Source of the DNA: Acaryochloris thomasi RCC1774
GTDB taxonomy: Bacteria > Cyanobacteriota > Cyanobacteriia > Thermosynechococcales > Thermosynechococcaceae
Assembly (NCBI RefSeq): GCF_003231495.1
Contig: NZ_PQWO01000015.1
Location: forward strand, 90,001-122,000
Length of the DNA: 32,000 nucleotides
Direction: 5' to 3'
A program made the position numbers and the translations under genes. Below are positions 18,779-27,391 of this stretch, piece by piece. The notes under the pieces are model-generated. The model did no database searches and was not told the origin of the DNA. It saw nothing but the letters and a program-made list of their open reading frames with translations. Each line of letters starts with the position of its first letter. The stretch's first letter is position 1.

Positions 18779-20257
18779 TCACGAGTTGGACAACACCCAG
18801 GTATCTTTGCTGCCGCCACCTTGGGTTGAGTTAACAACAAGGGAGCCTTTTTTAAGGGCAACGCGCGTCAATCCACCCGGATGCACATAGATGTCTTCGC
18901 CACGATGAAGAACATAGGGCCGCAGGTCAACGTGTCGTCCTTCTAGGGTTCGATTCACAGCGGTCGGAATCCGAGATAGATAGATAGTGGGTTGGGCAAT
19001 ATAGGCTCTCGGTTGAGCTTTGATAAGCTGCGCAAATTCTTCCCGCCCTGCTGAGCTAGCGTGGGGACCAATCAGCAATCCTTTGCCTCCTTCACCACCG
19101 GCAGGTTTGATCACTAACTGATCGAGATGTTCTAAAACATACTGACGATCCTGTTCTCGCCAGCACAGATAGGTGGGCACGTTGGGCAGCAGAGGGTCTT
19201 CGCCCAGATAGTAGCGAATCATCTCAGGGACGTAGGCATAGATCACTTTATCGTCAGCAACGCCGGTTCCAAAGGCGTTGGCAACGATTAATCGTCCTTG
19301 CTGGCACAGCTCGATGATGGCTGCGAGTCCAGAGGCGTGACGGGTGCCGAAATCGAGTGGTTCAAAGAAGTCGGCGTTACGCCGTCGATAGAGAATCTCA
19401 ATTCGCTGCAGTCCTGTGGGGGTTCTGCGATGGAGGGAGTCATCTGCAATGACGAGGTCTTGCGGTTCAACGAGGGCCACTCCCATCTGCTCTGCTAAAA
19501 AGGCATGTTCAAAATATGCGGACTCAATGGGGCCGGGGGTGAGCACCGCAATGTTGGGTGCGGTACTGCTGTCTGAGGCGAGATTGAGGAGCGTTGAGCG
19601 TAGCTGTTGAGGATAGTGGGCAATGGGTTCGATGCCAATAGACTGGGGTGGCGGCAGGACTCGGGTCAAGGCTTCTCGGTTTTTGATCACGTAGGCGATT
19701 CCTGAGGGGACGCGCAGGTTGTCTTCTAAAACGTGCCAGGTGCCGTTGCGATCGCAAATCAGATCAATCCCGCTCACGTGGCACCAGACCCCATTTCGAG
19801 GCTGCATTCCTATACAGTCCGGCAAAAACCGTTCTGCCGACTCCACAACCGCTCTCGGAATTTTGCCGTCATTAATGATCTGCTGTTTGCCGTAGACATC
19901 GGCACAAAACAGATTGAGGGCCGCCACTCGCTGCTTGAGACCGGCCGACAGCCGCTGCCACTCCGTTGCTGAGATCACGCGGGGAATCACATCAAAGGGC
20001 AAAACACGCGGTTCGCCATCAAAGGTAAAGGTTGCACCTAATTGGGCGAGAACCTCTTCAGCCCTGGCATTGGCCTGCACCAGATCGCCTGCCGATAGCT
20101 GCTGTAGCCACTGCACAATCGATTCCATATCAGGGCGAGGACGCCCTGGAGCAGAGAAGTATTCGTCATAAAACTGCTCGGGATCGTAGGTATCAAACAG
20201 CACGGCTTTTAGAAGTACAGACTGCTGAAGATTGTGACACAGCCTTTGACATCTCAC
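18779..20257 (-). CDS. circularly permuted type-2 ATP-grasp protein (DUF404/DUF407 family)
   Basis: The N-terminal FYDEYF...GRPRP segment, overall length and the C-terminal GGLTRVALKKGSLVVNSTQGGGSKDTWVL signature match this family. The start may be GTG at 20203 (VLFDTYDPEQFYDEYF). Confidence 0.8.
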   Translation of the reverse strand: MRCQRLCHNLQQSVLLKAVLFDTYDPEQFYDEYFSAPGRPRPDMESIVQWLQQLSAGDLVQANARAEEVLAQLGATFTFDGEPRVLPFDVIPRVISATEWQRLSAGLKQRVAALNLFCADVYGKQQIINDGKIPRAVVESAERFLPDCIGMQPRNGVWCHVSGIDLICDRNGTWHVLEDNLRVPSGIAYVIKNREALTRVLPPPQSIGIEPIAHYPQQLRSTLLNLASDSSTAPNIAVLTPGPIESAYFEHAFLAEQMGVALVEPQDLVIADDSLHRRTPTGLQRIEILYRRRNADFFEPLDFGTRHASGLAAIIELCQQGRLIVANAFGTGVADDKVIYAYVPEMIRYYLGEDPLLPNVPTYLCWREQDRQYVLEHLDQLVIKPAGGEGGKGLLIGPHASSAGREEFAQLIKAQPRAYIAQPTIYLSRIPTAVNRTLEGRHVDLRPYVLHRGEDIYVHPGGLTRVALKKGSLVVNSTQGGGSKDTWVLSNS

Positions 20258-20267
20258 TGTATTCAGC

Positions 20268-21779
20268 TCACTTCATGTCGTAGCCAAACAAGTTAGGGTC
20301 CACATCAGTCAGCTGCAAATCGGCCAGACCATATTCAGCCCAGCGTCGATCAACAATCGCAGCCGTCTCAGGATCTGGAGTCAGGGGTTCGCTCCATTCA
20401 CGGTCGGTCTCAGGATAGATCTTGGTGGTGGCATCAATCCCCATCTTGCCACCCAAACCAGGCTGAGCCGTGGCAAAGTCAAGGCTATCAAAGGGATTGT
20501 CCGGCAAAATAAAGACGTCGCGCGCCGGATCAACCTGAGAACTGATCGCCCACACCACCGCGCGCGGATCGCGGATATTAATGGTCTCATCCACGACAAT
20601 CACAAACTTGGTGTAGGAAAACTGGGGGAGGGCGCTCCAGAAGGCTAATGCCGCTCGACGCGCCTGCCCTGGATAGGATTTCTTGATGGAAATAATGGCA
20701 GCTTTATAGCTGAGCGCTTCCATCGGTAGAAAGAAATCAACAATCTCAGTGACCTGCTGCCGCAGGATTGGCGTATAAATTCGATTGAGGGCGATGGCCA
20801 TCATGGCATCTTCCTTGGGTGGGCGTCCGCTGAAAGCCGTTAAGTAGATCGGATTCTTGCGATGGGTAACGCAGTTGAAGCGAATCAGCGGGGCCTTCTC
20901 ATTGACGGGGCCGTAGAAACCGATGTGATCTCCTGCGGGGCCATCCACCGCCACGTCACCAGGGGTAATCGTTCCTTCAAGAATCATTTCGGCATCAGCA
21001 GGAACTTCTAAATCCACCGTTTTACACTTGGAGAGGTTAATGCCTTTACCGCCGTAGAGTCCGGCAAATAGCCATTCTGATAAATCGATGGGTAGAGGAG
21101 TGGCTGCCGCCATGATCACGAGGGGATCTACGCCGAGTGAGATCGCAACCTCTAGCTTCTCCCCCCGCTCCGCAGCTTTCCGCAGATGTCGCGTGGCTCC
21201 CCGCACCGACAGCCACTGCACCGTCATCGTATTTTTAGACTGAATCTGCAGCCGATAGACACCCACATTAGGAATCTTGCTCTCTGGATCGCGGGTAATC
21301 ATCAGACCCAGCGTGATCACTTTGTCCGCATCACCTGAATAAACGCGCAGCATTGGAACTTGGGTCAAATCAACCTGCTCATCCTTGAGCACCACCTGAT
21401 GACAGGGCGGGAACAAGTCACGATCGGGCTTGGCGCGCACCACATCAAAAAGCACCTTACCAAAGTTCACCGTCTGCGCCAGCGTCTTTGGCGGCTTCGG
21501 TTGATAGAGTAGCGCTAGCTTTTGCCCTAGTGCCTCAAGCTCTTCCGGCTGCTCCACATTCATCGCCCAGCAAACCCGCTCCACCGTGCCCATCAGATTG
21601 ACGGCGACAGACTGATCAGTTCCCTTTACATTCTCAAATAGAAGAGCCGGACCACCCTGCTGCAGCATGCGATTGGCAATTTCAGAAATTTCTAAATCAG
21701 GGTCTACCAGCGCCGTAATCCGCCGCAATTGTCCTCGCTGCTCTAGAAGCTTGATAAATCCCCGTAGGTCTCTAGCCAT
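20268..21779 (-). CDS. ubiD: UbiD-family (prenylated-FMN dependent) decarboxylase, probable 4-hydroxy-3-polyprenylbenzoate decarboxylase
   Basis: 503 aa starting MARDLRGFIKLLEQRGQLRRI. LLFENVKG, NVGVYR and the rest are collinear with UbiD family proteins. Confidence 0.9.
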   Translation of the reverse strand: MARDLRGFIKLLEQRGQLRRITALVDPDLEISEIANRMLQQGGPALLFENVKGTDQSVAVNLMGTVERVCWAMNVEQPEELEALGQKLALLYQPKPPKTLAQTVNFGKVLFDVVRAKPDRDLFPPCHQVVLKDEQVDLTQVPMLRVYSGDADKVITLGLMITRDPESKIPNVGVYRLQIQSKNTMTVQWLSVRGATRHLRKAAERGEKLEVAISLGVDPLVIMAAATPLPIDLSEWLFAGLYGGKGINLSKCKTVDLEVPADAEMILEGTITPGDVAVDGPAGDHIGFYGPVNEKAPLIRFNCVTHRKNPIYLTAFSGRPPKEDAMMAIALNRIYTPILRQQVTEIVDFFLPMEALSYKAAIISIKKSYPGQARRAALAFWSALPQFSYTKFVIVVDETINIRDPRAVVWAISSQVDPARDVFILPDNPFDSLDFATAQPGLGGKMGIDATTKIYPETDREWSEPLTPDPETAAIVDRRWAEYGLADLQLTDVDPNLFGYDMK

Positions 21780-22154
21780 GACTCTCTCATTGTGGATACA
21801 TCCTTCATTATTGCGAGAAGTGAAGTTATACGGGGATTTTATTGACTCCTATTTGTGACTTATCGGGGGTGGGAAGGTCTCACTGAAGAGTAATAGCCCC
21901 ATTCCAGAAAGGCTAGCTCGGTTAAATTTTTTATACAGACTGCGGGGAAATGCCTCATTAACTGCAAAACTCAGTTGTCAGGTTTTATTCCACTATTTTC
22001 ACAATAAACATGACCTTAAAAAACCTTGCCCACCCCCTTCGCATCTGAGTCCATCCATCTTGCCTTCATGGGCAGGGGACTTTATCTTAATGGAGGCCGT
22101 GCAATCGCCTTAGGATAAAAGTGTTCTGAGCGTTTTGTTCTCTGCTGACAGCTT

Positions 22155-23237
22155 GTGAGCAACTCTCGAAATTTGAACGTGTCAGGAAATCGCAGGTACT
22201 ATAGCAAGGCCATCACCTTAATGGAACAGGTTGTTGACAGAGAGAAGAAAACGCGTCAGACAACCCTGACAGCGCCAACGACAGGTCTCCTGGCTAGCGG
22301 TTTGAAAGACTATTGGTACGCTGTTGAATTTTCTTCTAAGCTTCAGGACGCAACCCTCATCTCCTTTGAACTTTTTGATCAGCCCTGGGTTCTTTTTCGA
22401 GATCGCCAGGGGCAAGTTGGCTGTATCCAAGACGAATGCGCTCACCGTGCCTGCCCGCTATCTCTAGGGCAAGTGGTAGACGGAACCGTGCAGTGTGGCT
22501 ACCACGGTTGGCAGTACGATGCCAGCGGTAGCTGTACCCACATGCCATCTTGTCAGCACATTCAGGTGCAGATCAAAAGCCTACCCTGCCAAGAACAAAA
22601 TGGGATGATTTGGGTCTGGCCAGGTTCAGCACAGCCAACGGAACTGTCTGAACACATTTATCAGCTTCCAGAGGGGTTTCAGCTCCATGCTGAAGTCGCG
22701 ATGGAGCTACCCGTTGAGCATGGCTTACTGCTGGAAAATCTCCTGGACCTTGCCCATGCACCTTTCACTCACACCGGTACGTTTGCTAGGGGCTGGTCTG
22801 TACCTGACTTAGTAAGGTTTATGACCCCCCAGACTCCCCTGACGGGACATTGGGATCCTTACCCCATTGAAATGTCCTTTGAGCCACCTTGCTACGTGAT
22901 CAGTACCATTGGTCTACGCGGCAAAACCTGCGGTCGCCATCTGCATCAGCTACACTGCTGCCTACCCGCAGGTCAGGGTAAAACCCGACTGCTCTATCAA
23001 CTTTCGCTGGATTTTTATGGCTGGGCCAGATTTCTGCCTGGTAAAGATCGGTTCTGGCGCTCGATGGCCCAGCGCGTGATTGACGAAGACCTGCGGTTGG
23101 TCGTAGGTCAGCAAGATCGACTTGCTGCAGGCGCGGACATTTGGCGAACACCTGTGGGATATGACAAGTTAGGGATTAGCTATCGTCGCTGGCGCAATCA
23201 GATTGAGCAAAGCAGCCCTGATTGGCAGGAACGGTAG
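22155..23237 (+). CDS. cao: chlorophyllide a oxygenase (chlorophyll b synthase), Rieske non-heme iron oxygenase
   Basis: Rieske motif C95-x-H97...C114-x2-H117 (nt 22437-22505). Mononuclear iron motif E-x3-D-x2-H-x4-H in ENLLDLAHAPFTH. Long blocks match the plant/algal CAO catalytic domain as I remember it (LLDLAHAPFTHT-TFA-GWSVP, WDPYPI-M-F-PPC, HLHQLH-CLP, KTRLLY--SLDF, EDLRLV-GQQ, YDKLG--YR-WRN). The ORF opens with GTG 22155; ATG 22221 (MEQVVD) is an alternative start. Confidence 0.8.
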   Translation: MSNSRNLNVSGNRRYYSKAITLMEQVVDREKKTRQTTLTAPTTGLLASGLKDYWYAVEFSSKLQDATLISFELFDQPWVLFRDRQGQVGCIQDECAHRACPLSLGQVVDGTVQCGYHGWQYDASGSCTHMPSCQHIQVQIKSLPCQEQNGMIWVWPGSAQPTELSEHIYQLPEGFQLHAEVAMELPVEHGLLLENLLDLAHAPFTHTGTFARGWSVPDLVRFMTPQTPLTGHWDPYPIEMSFEPPCYVISTIGLRGKTCGRHLHQLHCCLPAGQGKTRLLYQLSLDFYGWARFLPGKDRFWRSMAQRVIDEDLRLVVGQQDRLAAGADIWRTPVGYDKLGISYRRWRNQIEQSSPDWQER

Positions 23238-23377
23238 CCATCAGCGGCTTTCTAACATGGGCATATTGGCACTCGACGGCTGCGAGTGCTTAAAGAATTC
23301 GCAATATACTGCAGTCTCAAGTTTGGCTGCGGGCATAATAAGTCAAACTTAAGCAAAACTTAATCAGGGGTACCGTT

Positions 23378-23680
23378 ATGGTCTTGCATCCTGAGTTTAA
23401 GCGGAGTACGCTTCAGTTCTGGCGGCAGATGGAAATGTTCCATGTGTTTATCGGCCATCCTGAACTGGAGGTAGAAGTCTCCTACGACCTAAAGCCGATT
23501 CAACGCATCTTTATTCATTCTGACCACTGTGCTTTAGAGGTACCTGAGGTTCCGGCCATTACGTTTCGGGCAACGGTGATTGATACGCTGCCCATCGAAT
23601 CAGTGGAAACCATCATCCGCCGGTTTAGTTTTAATGCTGCAGACCAATCGTATATCGCCACCCTCGGCATGATTGGCTAG
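23378..23680 (+). CDS. hypothetical protein (100 aa)
   Basis: Clean ORF 140 nt downstream of cao on the same strand, with a purine-rich AGGGG 7 nt before the ATG. I recognise no motif. Confidence 0.5.
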   Translation: MVLHPEFKRSTLQFWRQMEMFHVFIGHPELEVEVSYDLKPIQRIFIHSDHCALEVPEVPAITFRATVIDTLPIESVETIIRRFSFNAADQSYIATLGMIG

Positions 23681-23690
23681 CGCGGTTTTC

Positions 23691-24252
23691 CTATTCTTTC
23701 AGCCAAGCAAACAGTTCTTTGACCGTTAAGTCAAAGGCTTCAGCAAAATCAGGCACGGGTAACTTCGCCTCCATTTCTTCGTAGAAGGCGGTCGACTGAT
23801 TAGGGCAGTAAACAAAAACCAACTGTTCTGCGGGGTCGATGAGCCACCCCATTTGAGTGCCATGACTGAGACAGTGCAAAATATTTTTCACAACTTCTGT
23901 ATAACTTTGTCCCGGCGACAAAATCTCGATTGTCCAGTCAGGCACAAGAGAAAATATATTTGTAACTTCTCCCTTTTGATCACGGGGAATACGGTCCTAA
24001 AGGAGAACGGCAATATCAGGAACAGTAGAGCGATCTCCAAAGGTACAGCGCAGTTCAGGGAATGTCCGAGCTATTCGCTGCGCTTTGACGACAGAGTTGA
24101 GGGCCGATACTAACTCCTTGAATGACGCTATGTTTTCCTTGCGACATCGGCTTTTGAATAATATTTCCATCAATGTACTCACCGGCAGGTTCTGTTTCTG
24201 GTAGGTCCAGAAAAGCTTCCAGCGTGAGTACTTTTTGAGGTACTTGAAGCAT
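23691..24252 (-). pseudogene. Uma2-family (DUF820) endonuclease, disrupted by one frameshift and one nonsense codon
   Basis: Three ORF fragments are collinear with Uma2 proteins: MLQVPQKVLTLEAFLDLPETEPAGEYIDGNIIQKPMSQGKHSVIQ (frame A), ELVSALNSVVKAQRIARTFPELRCTFGDRSTVPDIAVLL (frame B) and DRIPRDQKGEVTNIFSLVPDWTIEILSPGQS... (frame B). The frame shifts near 24115-24122. The in-frame TAG at 23997-23999 sits where family members have Trp (TGG) in the W-(D/E)-R-I-P segment. Confidence 0.8.
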
Positions 24253-24253
24253 G

Positions 24254-25489
24254 TTAGTGAGATTCTGAACTAAATTTTTCGATACAGCGCAGAAAAATTT
24301 CTACCCCTATCCCTAAAGCCGTTTCGTCGAAGTCGAAGCGAGGATGGTGGTGGGGATAGGCTAAGCCACGTTCCTTATTAGCTGCGCCGACAAAGAAGTA
24401 GCAGCCTGGCACTTCCTGCAAAAAATAAGACATATCTTCACCGCCCATAGTCTGACACTCAGGAACAACGCCCACCGGGGTTTCGATAACGGTTTCAGCC
24501 ACTGAACGCACTAGCTGTGCCATCTTGTCATCGTTGATCACGGCCGGATACAAGGGCCAATAGTTGAGGTCGTAGGTCGCGCCGTGGCTTTGGCAAATTC
24601 CGGCAACAATGTCTTCGACGCGCTTGCCAATCACGTTTTCTAGTTCGGGGTTGAAGTAGCGCACCGTGCCGGTCATGCGGGCGGAGTCGGCAATCACGTT
24701 ATTGGCAACCCCCGCATGGAGTTCGCCTACGGTTACAACGGCAGACTCTAGCGGATTGACGGTGCGAGAAACAATGGTCTGCAGCGCATTCACAATTTGA
24801 GCCGCCACTACGACAGAATCAACGGTCTGGTGGGGCATCGCTCCGTGACCGCCTTTTCCTTGGATGTGACATTCAAATAACTCGACTGCCGCCATCAGGG
24901 GACCGCTGCGGACACCAATGGTTCCGAGGGGCAAGTTGTTCCAAAGATGGAGACCGATAATGGCGTCTACGTCAGGATTTTTGAGCGCCCCTTCTTCAAT
25001 CATGGGCTTGGCTCCCCCCGGCGATTCTTCGGCGGGTTGGAAGATCAGTTTGAGGGTGCCTTTCAAGTGCTCACGGCTTCGGGAAAGGTGGTAGGCAGTG
25101 CCCAGTGCGATCGCAACATGCCCGTCATGACCACAGGCATGCATCCGGCCATCATGCTTAGAGCGGTAGGGAACCTGATTGGCCTCTTGGACCGGCAGCG
25201 CATCCATATCGGCCCGAATCGCCAACACCGGCCCCGGCAAATCCCCCTCAACGGTGGCAATGATTCCAGTTTTTGCTACCCCTGTTTGATGATCAATGCC
25301 CCATTCCGTCAACTTTTGGGAGACAACCTCTGCGGTACGAAATTCTTCAAAGCCTAGTTCAGGATGCTGGTGAAGATCGCGGCGCCAATTGACAAGATCA
25401 GCCTGAAGCAACTGGATTTCGGGTCGAATGTGGGGGGTAAACGTGACAGGAGTCGTAACCATATACGCTATTGAAGGGAATATCTTCAC
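24254..25489 (-). CDS. M20-family amidohydrolase (N-acyl-L-amino acid / hippurate hydrolase-like)
   Basis: LVNWRRDLHQHPELGFEEFRTA, IRADMDALPV, MHACGHDGH and FQPAEE are the metal-binding blocks of the M20D/ILR1-like subfamily. The start may be Met10 (25462). Confidence 0.85.
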   Translation of the reverse strand: MKIFPSIAYMVTTPVTFTPHIRPEIQLLQADLVNWRRDLHQHPELGFEEFRTAEVVSQKLTEWGIDHQTGVAKTGIIATVEGDLPGPVLAIRADMDALPVQEANQVPYRSKHDGRMHACGHDGHVAIALGTAYHLSRSREHLKGTLKLIFQPAEESPGGAKPMIEEGALKNPDVDAIIGLHLWNNLPLGTIGVRSGPLMAAVELFECHIQGKGGHGAMPHQTVDSVVVAAQIVNALQTIVSRTVNPLESAVVTVGELHAGVANNVIADSARMTGTVRYFNPELENVIGKRVEDIVAGICQSHGATYDLNYWPLYPAVINDDKMAQLVRSVAETVIETPVGVVPECQTMGGEDMSYFLQEVPGCYFFVGAANKERGLAYPHHHPRFDFDETALGIGVEIFLRCIEKFSSESH

Positions 25490-25549
25490 TATAGCTTTCT
25501 CTTTCTGACCGCTTGGGTGAAGGCTGCAAGCTTGAACGACTCTTAACCT

Positions 25550-26371
25550 ATGGCTGATTTATTTCCACTGCAAGGTCGCACTGCTGTTGTCACGGGCAGT
25601 ACGCGGGGCATTGGCCTCATCATGGCTCAGGCGCTCATTGCCGCAGGAGCGAATGTTGTGGTGTCCTCACGATCAGAGACTGGGGCCGTCTGTGAGCAGC
25701 TTGAACGGAATGCGTTGGCTCCGGGCACGGGCCAGATCATGGGCACCACCTGTGACGTTACCTCTTTAGGACAGGTGGAACAGCTAGCAGCTAAAACCAT
25801 TGAAAGGTTTGGGCAAATTGATATTTGGATTAACAATGCCGGAATTGCCAGTCCCTATGCTCAGACCCTTGATATCCCCATCGAGCGCTGGAAACGGGTG
25901 GTGCAGACGAATCTTTACGGCACCTATCATGGAACAACGGTCGCTCTCCAGCACATGTTAGAGCGTAACCAAGGCAAGATTGTGAATGTGTTCGGTGCCG
26001 GCGATCGAGATAGCCGCGTCGATAAGTATGGCTACATGAGTGCCTATGCCACGTCTAAATCGGCGGTACGACGATTCACATTGGTCATGGCGGAAGAATA
26101 CAAACAGACCCCGATCTCAATTTTGGGACTACGGCCTGGTTTAGTGGCAACTGACTTGATGACCAAGATTGAGCCACTGACCGATGAAGCAGCCCAGCGT
26201 CTCAAGGGGCTAAGTTTTGCTTTATTTCTATTTACGACACCTGCGGAGCAGATCCAGACCACTATCGTCAAGATGGTCTCTAGCACCACGGATGGGGTTA
26301 GCGGCCAGGTTTATCGCTGTCGGGTCACAGTCCCTACTATTGTTCAGCGCTGGATAAAGCGATCACGGTGA
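25550..26371 (+). CDS. short-chain dehydrogenase/reductase, NOL/NYC1-like (candidate chlorophyll b reductase)
   Basis: Classical SDR motifs are TGSTRGIG (the TGxxxGxG motif), NNAG and YATSK (the YxxxK motif). The blocks VTGSTRGIG, IDIWINNAG, GAG-(D/S)...AY-ATK-(S)-(A/V) and L-PG-V-TDL match my recollection of plant NOL. The subfamily call is less certain than the SDR call. Confidence 0.85.
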   Translation: MADLFPLQGRTAVVTGSTRGIGLIMAQALIAAGANVVVSSRSETGAVCEQLERNALAPGTGQIMGTTCDVTSLGQVEQLAAKTIERFGQIDIWINNAGIASPYAQTLDIPIERWKRVVQTNLYGTYHGTTVALQHMLERNQGKIVNVFGAGDRDSRVDKYGYMSAYATSKSAVRRFTLVMAEEYKQTPISILGLRPGLVATDLMTKIEPLTDEAAQRLKGLSFALFLFTTPAEQIQTTIVKMVSSTTDGVSGQVYRCRVTVPTIVQRWIKRSR

Positions 26372-26387
26372 TCGAGACTGCAGCGCA

Positions 26388-26873
26388 CTACTGCGGCATA
26401 TATTTTTGCACAACAGACCAGCCCGACAGTGAAACGAGTGCTAGCGCGACAAACAGAAGGCTGTTGATTCTGAGATGTAACGGTCGCGCCCAAGGACGTT
26501 GAGGGTGAATGCGCGTCGCCGACCAGGCAGAAGCGAAGGAAAGAGCAACCACAATTAATCCGACCGGAAGATGCCATGAATGGCCCAGGCTTCCGTAGTG
26601 GCCCAGTGTACCCACTAGACCAATGGCAAGTAGATTCACAATCAGCAGTACGAGGGCAATGCCTAAGCCTCGATGCAGAATACGAAGCCATTTCTGGGGT
26701 CTCGCACCGGGAGCAAGTCTCTGCCTTCTCAGCACCAGACCAACAGCGGCCAACCCAAAAAACAGCATGACAGTGAGGCCCATAGACCAGGCTGCAATTC
26801 GCCAGAGCCACATAAAGGAGGGTAAGTGCACGATGTTACTCCCACGATCACGAGTGCAAGCAAATGGTAGCAA
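26388..26873 (-). CDS. DUF4079-like integral membrane protein
   Basis: Four predicted TM helices with conserved-looking His residues (LHRGLG, GHYGSLGHSWH), a size and pattern typical of the cyanobacterial/plastid DUF4079 family. The probable start is the internal MWLWRIAAW (26813). Confidence 0.55.
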   Translation of the reverse strand: MLPFACTRDRGSNIVHLPSFMWLWRIAAWSMGLTVMLFFGLAAVGLVLRRQRLAPGARPQKWLRILHRGLGIALVLLIVNLLAIGLVGTLGHYGSLGHSWHLPVGLIVVALSFASAWSATRIHPQRPWARPLHLRINSLLFVALALVSLSGWSVVQKYMPQ

Positions 26874-27037
26874 AATCCTTGGTCATCGTTTTTAATAAGT
26901 GGGTGTTTCTTGTGATCTCAGTAACCTTCAGGCTATGTTTCGCTCGGTAAAATGTTGGGTATAAATACCTTTTTCAATACTTGCGATCGCATTTTTAATG
27001 CCCTCCCCTCTTTCGGCAAGTGAAGGCAGACACCTCC

Positions 27038-27343
27038 CTAACTTCGCCGAATCTCGAACCGCTCAAAGTTTTGCAGTGACTGCTCCTCAATGACCACTGA
27101 CTCGACCCGAGCTGCAGGTGGACCGCTGTCCAACCAATCTACAAGCTTCTGGACCTGAGTGCGATCGCCCTCGACCATCGCCTCCACCTGTCCATCGGGC
27201 AAATTGCGGACCCAGCCCACCAGGCCAAGACGGGTCGCTTGCTCCTGAGTCGTATAGCGGTAGCCCACACCCTGCACACGCCCTGAAATAATTGCGTGCT
27301 GGCAGATAGCGCTACTTGATGTCGAAGAGTTAGAGGGTACCAT
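27038..27343 (-). CDS. acyP: acylphosphatase
   Basis: ISGRVQGVGYRYTT and GWVRNLPDGQVE are the two acylphosphatase signature motifs. Length is about 100 aa. Confidence 0.9.
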   Translation of the reverse strand: MVPSNSSTSSSAICQHAIISGRVQGVGYRYTTQEQATRLGLVGWVRNLPDGQVEAMVEGDRTQVQKLVDWLDSGPPAARVESVVIEEQSLQNFERFEIRRS

Positions 27344-27391
27344 CCGTCTTCTACTGAATTGCTTTTCACATCATTTAGGGAATAAGTATGC

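Noticed and set aside
18541-18861. 106-aa minus-strand ORF spanning the end of the permuted ATP-grasp gene into the spacer
   Set aside because: Its 5' part overlaps the well-supported ATP-grasp frame. The remainder runs through the hairpins in AT-rich DNA, with Leu/Arg/Cys-rich composition and no recognisable motif.
26344-26811. 155-aa minus-strand ORF overlapping the DUF4079-like gene in another frame
   Set aside because: The overlapping frame 26388-26873 gives four clean TM helices. This one is Cys/Arg/Ser-rich, is not membrane-like, and also overlaps the SDR 3' end.
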